The translations under genes were made by a program, and so were the position numbers. Positions 57,459 to 64,000 of a DNA stretch of 64,000 nt are shown piece by piece. How positions within the stretch are numbered: the first letter of the stretch is position 1; each line of letters begins with the position of its first letter. The DNA lies in the IMG/VR virus record IMGVR_UViG_3300032397_003421. One strand, written 5' to 3'. The DNA comes from an uncultured virus (IMG/VR IMGVR_UViG_3300032397_003421). Lineage: Duplodnaviria > Heunggongvirae > Uroviricota > Caudoviricetes. The notes beneath the pieces were generated by a model, which was not told the origin of the DNA, did no database searches, and worked only from the letters and a program-made list of their open reading frames with translations.

Positions 57459-59623
57459 TTTATTTCTCCTTTATCTACATAAAAACTCTTACTTCCTTTT
57501 GTATTTTTTAAAAATTCTTTTACTTCTTCACAATGAGAAATAATAAAAATTTGATAATTTGGTAAGTGTTCTAAAAGAATTTCAAACATATTTACTGCTT
57601 TTTCTTCTGAAAGTTGAGAATCTATTTCATCTAATATCATAAAATTTAATCTATCAAGAGAGGATAAAGCGACTCTAAAACTAAGAGCTAATAAATCTTT
57701 TTCACTTCCTGATGCCATACTACATGGAGTTATACAATCTTGTTCTTTATCAACATAATAAAAATCTATACTATTTTTATCTTGAGAAAAAGTAATAGAA
57801 TATTTATCATATGCTGATAAAAAGAAATAATTCATTTTTTCTTTAATATATTCAGCCCCTTGATCTATTAACCAAGCACTAAAATCTTTATCAAGTACTT
57901 GCCTAACTTCTTTTAAAATACTTACCTTATAAGATATAGAATCAATTAATGAAATTAAACTTTTTATTTTTTGATTATCTTCTTGTTTTTCCTTTTCTAT
58001 ATTTTCATTATAATTAGTAACTCTTTCTTTTTCTTGTAATTTTTGTTCATATATTATAATTTCTCTATTTAAAATATCATATTTTATTTTATCATAATTT
58101 ATTGGTTCATCTACTTTTTGAGGTTTTTTAATATTACTATATTGCTCTTGTAATTTAATAGATGTTTCTATTTTATTTTCTAAATCTTTTATTTGTTCTT
58201 TTATACTATTATTATAACTAATTGTTTCATTATAGTTTTTAATTCTTTGTTTAAAATTATCTATAGTTCTTCTAAAATCAAAAGTAACTTCTAATTCTTT
58301 TTCAACAAAATCAATAAGTAGTTCATCTAATTCTTTTTGATGATTATCTATATTGTCTTGAATATTTTTTCTTTGTATTTTTATAGTTTCCTGTTCATTA
58401 ACTAAAGTAGTATATTCTTTTAAGTTTTCTTTTATTTCTTTAACTTTATTTTTATATTCTAATATTTCTTTTTTACATAATAACAAATCATTTCTTATTT
58501 GCTCTATATTACCTTCATAAATAGCACCACATGTTGGACATTTTCCTTGTTCTGATAATTGAAAATCTTTTTCAAATTGAATCCTTTCAGATTCAAATCT
58601 AATCAATTGTTCTTCAGCTTTTTCTATATCACTATTTTTATATATATAAGGAGATATTTGTTTTAATTGATACTGATTTAATAATTCATTATTTCTAATT
58701 ATTCCATCTTTAGCTTTTTTAATTTTATCTTTTTTATATAAATATTTTTCATTCTTAGCTAATTGGTTAACTTGTTCTTTTTCTAAATCTATAATTTGAT
58801 TATTTAAATTATCTACATTAATTTCAGAATCAATAGTTTTTAATAATTTTTCTAAATTTTCTATTTGTCTTTTAAATTCTAAAATTTGTGCGTCATATAT
58901 TTCTATCTCTCTATTAGCATTTACATAAGAAGATAAATCTTTTATGTAAGTATTATAAACTACTAATTGTAATTCATAATTTTTCTTTTCTAATTCTAAT
59001 ATTTCTAATTGTTTTTTTATATCCTCAATATTATCAACTTTAGGAACTTCCATAAAATTATATTTTTTTTCTTCAAGTAATTTTAGTTCTCTATCAAATA
59101 TTCTTATTTCTTCCTGTTGCTTATCTATATCAATTTTTATTTCTTCACATACCTCAGCAATCTTATCTATACCTAAAATTTCTTTAAGCTTTTTAAGTCT
59201 ATTAGTTGGAGTATCAAAAAGTATTTGTGCAGTTTTACCTTGTTCACTTATTGATGAATATCTAATAATGTTAGGATCGATTATTTCAGCTAATTTTTTT
59301 GTAGCTTCAGAATTTTTATAAATATTAAAGCTATCATTATTTATAATGAGTTCTTTTTTAGCTGATGCACTAGCAAAAACTTTAATGAGATAATTATCAT
59401 TATTAATTTCAAATTCCAGTTCAAGAAAAAACTTCTCACATCCCCATCTTACATACTCAGATATTTTTTCATTAAGATTATCTGTAAGAAGATATTCTAT
59501 TGCATATAATATAGAAGATTTACCCTCTCCATTATTACCTGATATAAGATTAACATATTTAGAGGGTTCAATAATTAATTCTTTGATGTTACGAAAATTT
59601 TGAATGTATAACTTTTTAATCAT
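57455..59623 (-). CDS. sbcC: SbcC/Rad50-like ATPase (T4 gp46-like)
   Basis: NFRN, GNNGEGKSS, coiled coil with CPTC zinc hook, ASGSE signature, ILDE, ISH. Confidence 0.9.
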   Translation of the reverse strand: MIKKLYIQNFRNIKELIIEPSKYVNLISGNNGEGKSSILYAIEYLLTDNLNEKISEYVRWGCEKFFLELEFEINNDNYLIKVFASASAKKELIINNDSFNIYKNSEATKKLAEIIDPNIIRYSSISEQGKTAQILFDTPTNRLKKLKEILGIDKIAEVCEEIKIDIDKQQEEIRIFDRELKLLEEKKYNFMEVPKVDNIEDIKKQLEILELEKKNYELQLVVYNTYIKDLSSYVNANREIEIYDAQILEFKRQIENLEKLLKTIDSEINVDNLNNQIIDLEKEQVNQLAKNEKYLYKKDKIKKAKDGIIRNNELLNQYQLKQISPYIYKNSDIEKAEEQLIRFESERIQFEKDFQLSEQGKCPTCGAIYEGNIEQIRNDLLLCKKEILEYKNKVKEIKENLKEYTTLVNEQETIKIQRKNIQDNIDNHQKELDELLIDFVEKELEVTFDFRRTIDNFKQRIKNYNETISYNNSIKEQIKDLENKIETSIKLQEQYSNIKKPQKVDEPINYDKIKYDILNREIIIYEQKLQEKERVTNYNENIEKEKQEDNQKIKSLISLIDSISYKVSILKEVRQVLDKDFSAWLIDQGAEYIKEKMNYFFLSAYDKYSITFSQDKNSIDFYYVDKEQDCITPCSMASGSEKDLLALSFRVALSSLDRLNFMILDEIDSQLSEEKAVNMFEILLEHLPNYQIFIISHCEEVKEFLKNTKGSKSFYVDKGEIK

Positions 59624-59838
59624 TTAATTTCCCTTCTTTAATTATTTCTACTTTATAATCATAATGATATGATTCAGAAACAAATTTAAACTCTGACCCA
59701 CACTCTTCACAAATGATAATATCTTTTAAATCAATCATACCATAAATACTTGTACCTGCATATTATTATTACAAATAGGACAAATAAAATGATTGTGAAT
59801 TATATCACCACACTTTGTTTAATCTCTTCATATTTCAT
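59620..59838 (-). pseudogene. Probable frameshifted zinc-ribbon gene
   Basis: AAGGAG+ATG 59838 frame stops after 12 codons; IHNHFICPIC and YAGTSIYG..CEECG lie in different frames. Confidence 0.35.
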
Positions 59839-59869
59839 CTTATTTTCTCCTTTTTAAATTGTTTAAACT

Positions 59870-59969
59870 TAGAAAGTAAGGGATTCGACCCTTTAAATAC
59901 CAACTAGTTAGCAATTAGTTAGCAACTAGTTAGCAACTAGTTGCTTTATATCCTTTTGGTCAACTTTCT
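59870..59969 (-). tRNA. Atypical tRNA-Ser(GCT)-like gene, possibly a pseudo-tRNA
   Basis: Acceptor AGAAAGT/ACTTTCT; anticodon arm ACTAG-TTGCTAA-CTAGT; long variable arm; T-arm AAGGG-TCGAAT-CCCTT; promoter immediately upstream. Confidence 0.6.
59901..59944. repeat. About four copies of the 11-bp tandem repeat caactagttag
   Basis: caactagttag caattagttag caactagttag caactagttgc. Confidence 0.9.
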
Positions 59970-60012
59970 AAAATATAGATAGACTATTTTTAATCTATCT
60001 ATCTATGTATAT

Positions 60013-60040
60013 AATATATAAAAATATATAAAAAATTAAA
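60013..60040 (-). promoter_or_regulatory. Early-type promoter TTTAAT-N16-TATATT upstream of the tRNA-like gene
   Basis: Repeated intergenic motif. Confidence 0.55.
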
Positions 60041-60202
60041 TTTTTATTTTAACCTTTTCTTAAGTACCTTAATAAGATCTATCTTAGTGACTATTTCTGA
60101 TGTTCCATCAACATAATCTATCATGTAAGTATTAATTTTTCTTTTATTGTATTATTTTTTTATTTATTTTATCCGTTCCATTTTTAGTATTTTCACTGGA
60201 CA

Positions 60203-61393
60203 TTATACTTCTTCTTCATTGACTATTTCTACATCTTTTATTTCATCTATTTTTTCTTCCATTGCTTCTTCTTTTTTACTTCTTCTTTTTGGTTTATCCT
60301 CTATAGAAGATATTACACTATTAAATGAATCTGCAGTGACTCCTATGGCAATATTTCTTGCATCCTGTATTTTTTGAAGAATATCTCCCCTTACTTTTTC
60401 AAATATTTCGGGTTTCTCATTAAAGAATTTTTTAACATTAGGCATACCTTGACCAAGTTTTTCTTCAACGCTGTCTTTGGGAGTATAAGAAAACCATGAA
60501 CCTGATTTTTTAACCATCTCATATTTAATAGCATATTCTATAAGTTCTTTCATAGTATCTATTCCATATTCACCGTCTTTTCCTGTATTAAGAGTAAAAG
60601 AGGCTTTCTTAGAAGGAATACCTACTTTATTTTTAAATATAGTCATGTTAACATCTACTTTTTCTTGTCCATCATCATCTGTCTTCTCTACTTCAGCCTT
60701 AGAAGTCATAATACGAATACTTGCATAAAATTTCATCGCGTTTCCCACGCCAACAATTCTCGGGTCTCCGTATCCTCCAATCTTACTTCTTATTTGAGAT
60801 AAAAATATTGCGGTAGTTCCAGTATTTGTACATTTAGTTCTTATTATAGGAAGTTCTTGTGAAAATATTCTGGCGGCTAATCCCATTCCTGCATCTCCAG
60901 GTTCACCTTCAAATAATCGTTTAGGTATCATTGAATTAGTAGAATCTATAACAACCAAACTCATAACACCTGAATCCATTATCACTCTAAGCATACTAAA
61001 AGCTTCTTCACAATAATCTGGTTGTACTACCAAAAGATTTTCTACATCCACACCCATTTTATATGCCCAAGATGCGTCAAAACTTTGTTCTGCATCTACA
61101 TAAGCACATACCATTCCTTTTTTTTGACATTCTGCAATGTTAATAAGAGTAAGAGTTGATTTACCGGATGATTCTTGTCCACCTATTTCTATTATCCTAC
61201 CTTTTGGCCAACCACCTATCCCTAAAGCTTCGTCTAAATTTAATGAACCAGAACTACAAATCAGAGGTACTTCTGGAATAACTTTTTTCCCTATATAATA
61301 AGAACCTTCACCAAATTGTTTATGAAGTTCTTTTAATGCACCTCCTTCAAGTATCTTCATTTTTTCTCTTATTGTATCTTGTACTGTAGCCAT
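60203..61393 (-). CDS. recA: RecA recombinase
   Basis: SGSLNLDEALGIGGWPKGRIIEIGGQESSGKST, VDAEQ, VVIDS, QIRSKIG, GNAMKFYASIR, KNKV, KSGSWFSY. Confidence 0.97.
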   Translation of the reverse strand: MATVQDTIREKMKILEGGALKELHKQFGEGSYYIGKKVIPEVPLICSSGSLNLDEALGIGGWPKGRIIEIGGQESSGKSTLTLINIAECQKKGMVCAYVDAEQSFDASWAYKMGVDVENLLVVQPDYCEEAFSMLRVIMDSGVMSLVVIDSTNSMIPKRLFEGEPGDAGMGLAARIFSQELPIIRTKCTNTGTTAIFLSQIRSKIGGYGDPRIVGVGNAMKFYASIRIMTSKAEVEKTDDDGQEKVDVNMTIFKNKVGIPSKKASFTLNTGKDGEYGIDTMKELIEYAIKYEMVKKSGSWFSYTPKDSVEEKLGQGMPNVKKFFNEKPEIFEKVRGDILQKIQDARNIAIGVTADSFNSVISSIEDKPKRRSKKEEAMEEKIDEIKDVEIVNEEEV

Positions 61394-61562
61394 CTAATTC
61401 TCCTTATATTATCTTTTTAATTAGTCTTCTATCTTAATTTACAAAATTCTAATATTGTATTTTTACATTGTGGACAAATAGTATCATCATTTCTACTTAT
61501 CCAGTCATATCCACAACTACAAAAAAATTCATACGCTTTTACTAGTTTTTCTTTTTCTTGCT

Positions 61563-61958
61563 TCATACAATAACTCCTTCAACTTTTTGTATATATTCTT
61601 TTAATTTTTCTCTTTCTTGTTCTAAATTATCTATTTCTTCTTCTAGATTCTTTACTGTAATGTTTAATTCTTCAATAAAATAATTTGAATCTTCTACTGT
61701 TTCTTTATAGTTTTTTATTTCTTTTTCTGAATCTTCTACTGTTTCTTTATAGTTTTTTATTTCTTTTTCTTGATCCTTTACTGTAATTTTTAATTCTTCA
61801 ATAAGATATTCTAAATCTTCAATTATAACATCTAACTTTTCTTCTTCATCACCATAGGAATCTATTAATTCCATATAACATTCTATAGTTCCATATAAAT
61901 CTTTTTTACCTGATTTAATTTCATTAACTACTTCTTCAATAACTGTATTTAATATCAT
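61563..61958 (-). CDS. Acidic coiled-coil hypothetical protein
   Basis: 131 aa with internal repeats. Confidence 0.55.
   Translation of the reverse strand: MILNTVIEEVVNEIKSGKKDLYGTIECYMELIDSYGDEEEKLDVIIEDLEYLIEELKITVKDQEKEIKNYKETVEDSEKEIKNYKETVEDSNYFIEELNITVKNLEEEIDNLEQEREKLKEYIQKVEGVIV
61686..61769. repeat. Exact 42-bp tandem duplication (EKEIKNYKETVEDS twice)
   Basis: tgaatcttctactgtttctttatagttttttatttctttttc repeated. Confidence 0.9.
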
Positions 61959-62239
61959 AAATTTACCTTTGTAAAATATTTATCATTTATTTCGCAATAA
62001 TATACATGATGATCTTTATCTTTAGTTAAATACATTGGAACTAAAACCCCATCACCCTGTCTAGAAGTCATAATAATTTTATCAATTACTATTCTACCAT
62101 TACAAGATTCTAGTATATCCCCTTCTTTAAATTTTGGTTTATATTTTGTAGAGCACTTTAATACACTATTTACACCACCGTATTTTTTTTCTAATTGTTC
62201 ATATTCTTCCGTACTTATTTTAATAGTTTCTATTTCCAT
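61955..62239 (-). CDS. Hypothetical protein
   Basis: 94 aa; PKFKEGD motif; GAGG RBS. Confidence 0.55.
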   Translation of the reverse strand: MEIETIKISTEEYEQLEKKYGGVNSVLKCSTKYKPKFKEGDILESCNGRIVIDKIIMTSRQGDGVLVPMYLTKDKDHHVYYCEINDKYFTKVNL

Positions 62240-62317
62240 TTCTTTTTTTCCTCTTTAGCTTTTATTTTGAATTTAAAGTTTTTCATAAAATTTTGTGCTG
62301 TGGAAAATGCAATCTCT

Positions 62318-63538
62318 TTAGAGTTGCATAGGAACAGCACATACCTCCATTATATAATTTTTTCTTGCACTAATTCTCTCTAAATATTTCTTTGCATTCC
62401 AACTTTTATTAAAAATATTTCCTAAAATATCCATTATAACAAATGCTCCTGAACTTCTTTTCCCCTTAATAAAACCAATACCTTCGGGGGTTTTTACTTT
62501 GTCAAATTTCTTAAATCCAAATAATTTTCCAGTTGGTATTTTCTTTTCACTTCTAATACCCTTCGTTTGTTGATAGTCACCTTTAGCTACATTTTTCTTA
62601 ATGAAATAATAATTCAAATCTTTAATTATTTCACTATCACTACAACAAATAGCAATAGCATCATTACAATGTGATTTAGATAATTGCAATATTTGTTCTC
62701 TCTTGAATTTAGTTTCATACCCAAAAGTTTCAACAAAATCACCAAATTTCTTTTTAAGTTGTGATTTGGTAATCCCAATTTCAGTAGCATGTTTAGTTAT
62801 AGATTTTTTACCTTTTATTTCAAATTCACCTTTGTGTAATTTGTCATGACAACCTTCACATAAAGTAATTAAATTTTCTGGAGAATCTGTTCCCCCATTA
62901 CTTCTAAAAATAATATGATGAACATGCAGTTTACTTTTTTTAGTTTTACAATGTTGACATGTAAATCCATCTCTATCGAGAATAAACGCCTTTACATTAT
63001 AAAATCCTTTCTGTTGCCCTTTCTGATAATCTTTAACTTCAGAATTACTTATTTTATGAATATCAAAACTTGCTAATTCTAAAATCCATTTAGAGACAGG
63101 GAGTAACTTTTCAATAAATTTCTTTTCTCTTAAATGAGAATTTAATTTGCTTAAAAGTGAAGGAGCAAGTCTATCTTTTCTAAGGGAATTTGCTCGGTTA
63201 TTCCATCTTGCTTCTCTGTATCTTGTTTTTCTTCCTCTTCTGTTTCTTCTGTACATTTTTCTTTGTTCCATCTTTTTTGAAACATCTTGACGAATAAACG
63301 TTTCTGATTTGTACAAAACTTTACCATTTGAAATACAAGCTGTTCCAATAACCTTGCTTCCTGTGTCCATTCCTGCAATCACTTCTTGTTTATAGTTTGT
63401 TGTCTCTATTAACATTTTAATAGTGAATGGCGTTTTTTTAATTGCTTTAGCTTTACCTTCTTTTAACAATATTCTTGCTATTGATGGTTTTGTGGGCATT
63501 AAAGGTTTCCCTTCTTTGTTTAAAACATAAACTAACAT
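62318..63538 (-). CDS. iscB: RNA-guided endonuclease IscB
   Basis: MLVYVLNKEGKPLMPT (PLMP), RuvC-I GMDTGSK, Arg-rich bridge helix RRNRRGRKTRYREAR, RuvC-II ELASFD, HNH HVHHI..NLITLCEGCH, RuvC-III SHCNDA; AGGAGG RBS before ATG 63538. Confidence 0.95.
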   Translation of the reverse strand: MLVYVLNKEGKPLMPTKPSIARILLKEGKAKAIKKTPFTIKMLIETTNYKQEVIAGMDTGSKVIGTACISNGKVLYKSETFIRQDVSKKMEQRKMYRRNRRGRKTRYREARWNNRANSLRKDRLAPSLLSKLNSHLREKKFIEKLLPVSKWILELASFDIHKISNSEVKDYQKGQQKGFYNVKAFILDRDGFTCQHCKTKKSKLHVHHIIFRSNGGTDSPENLITLCEGCHDKLHKGEFEIKGKKSITKHATEIGITKSQLKKKFGDFVETFGYETKFKREQILQLSKSHCNDAIAICCSDSEIIKDLNYYFIKKNVAKGDYQQTKGIRSEKKIPTGKLFGFKKFDKVKTPEGIGFIKGKRSSGAFVIMDILGNIFNKSWNAKKYLERISARKNYIMEVCAVPMQL

Positions 63539-63544
63539 CTTAGT

Positions 63545-63828
63545 TAAATCCTCCTTTCGGGTAATGTGTATCAAAAGCATTGAGGTTACTTTTGAATCCA
63601 ACGTCCTCTCGAAGAGATGATGAAGAGTTTAACGACATAAGCACTATTCCTAACACATCAGAATTGTTTAACTTATATCCTAAGAGGTCAGAACTGAGGC
63701 GACATCCTAACGTTACTATTTTCTTCTCATCGTTTATCAAACTTTCTCCCCCATTTGATCTTCTGGTAAACAAGCATCTTTAATTTTAAATTTTAAAGAT
63801 ACAACTCTTTAGAGTTGTGTTTATTTAC
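63545..63828 (-). ncRNA. omegaRNA (HEARO-type) scaffold of IscB
   Basis: Begins GTAAATAAAC and pairs with GTTTACCAG; internal GGATGTCGCCTCAGTTC, TTAAACA, GTGC, CGAGAGGAC and TTAC elements in the order typical of HEARO RNAs. Confidence 0.75.
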
Positions 63829-63831
63829 TAT

Positions 63832-63912
63832 TTATTCTATATCCTTAGAGTTAGCTACTAAGATAACAAGAATTATAATAGCTAAAGTCATAACAATAAT
63901 CAAATCTTTCAT
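63832..63912 (-). CDS. Tiny membrane peptide (26 aa)
   Basis: AAGGAG RBS; MKDLIIVMTLAIIILVILVANSKDIE. Confidence 0.35.
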   Translation of the reverse strand: MKDLIIVMTLAIIILVILVANSKDIE

Positions 63913-64000
63913 CTTTTCTCCTTATTTTTAAATAATAATTTCCATTTTTATACTTTATCAAATTTACAAAACCCCATTTCTTATGGATAAAATTATTGAT

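Larger units (their letters stand above)
62287..63828 (-). mobile_element. IS200/IS605-superfamily non-autonomous IscB (OMEGA) element
   Basis: omegaRNA-like leader plus iscB, bounded by related hairpins with core CAACTCTAAAGAG at 63801-63818 and 62308-62328; no tnpA; ends inferred. Confidence 0.8.

Noticed and set aside
59901..59944. Mini-CRISPR array or replication iterons
   Set aside because: The units are 11 bp, directly adjacent with no spacers, and lie within a tRNA-like fold; there are no cas genes.
18405..62383. Plus-strand ORFs in the replication arm (18405, 24479, 27218, 28168, 28941, 32157, 43142, 52734, 53875, 60147, 62195)
   Set aside because: They are antisense to consistent minus-strand genes and have low-complexity translations.
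62318..63601. Cas9 or a simple HNH endonuclease; ORF start at 63601
   Set aside because: The size and PLMP N-terminus identify IscB, and there is no array. The RBS supports ATG 63538, and the extension lies in the omegaRNA.
63151..63783. ORFs 63151-63378, 63540-63773 and 63580-63783
   Set aside because: They overlap iscB or the omegaRNA and have no recognisable protein features.
1..64000. Stop-codon reassignment
   Set aside because: Conserved genes translate full length in the standard code, and TAA, TAG and TGA all end genes at sensible positions.

Overview
This is a 64 kb segment of a large, very AT-rich tailed bacteriophage with myovirus (contractile tail) morphology. Bases 1-16699 (+ strand) hold a tail and baseplate operon: sheath, tube, T4 gp26/gp51-like proteins, a tape measure, gp53/gp5/gp25/gp6-like baseplate proteins and two paralogous tail fibres, ending in a stand-alone response-regulator receiver domain. 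Bases 16705-64000 (- strand) hold replication, recombination and nucleotide-metabolism genes: family A DNA polymerase, DnaB, DnaC-like, DnaX-like clamp loader, beta-clamp-like, SbcC/SbcD, RecA, RuvC-like, SNF2 helicase, NrdD/NrdG and two dUTPases. Highlights: (1) a promoter-bounded operon joining a T4 gp42-type dCMP hydroxymethylase and a dNMP kinase to a nucleotide-sugar pathway (dehydrogenase, SDR epimerase/decarboxylase, cupin isomerase), a glycosyltransferase and a SAM methyltransferase, predicting an unusual sugar-hypermodified cytosine; (2) an intact IscB plus omegaRNA (OMEGA) element whose ends, guide and TAM can be predicted from the sequence; (3) an odd tRNA-Ser(GCU)-like gene whose variable arm is made of copies of its anticodon arm; (4) two recurring promoter classes (sigma70-like early and TACTAATA late) and a candidate phage sigma factor; (5) two small proteins sharing an MKKYVKYxE leader resembling capsid-targeting signals. 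The host is unknown. An anaerobic, possibly spirochaetal, host is inferred only indirectly. All calls come from motif recognition by eye, with no database searches.
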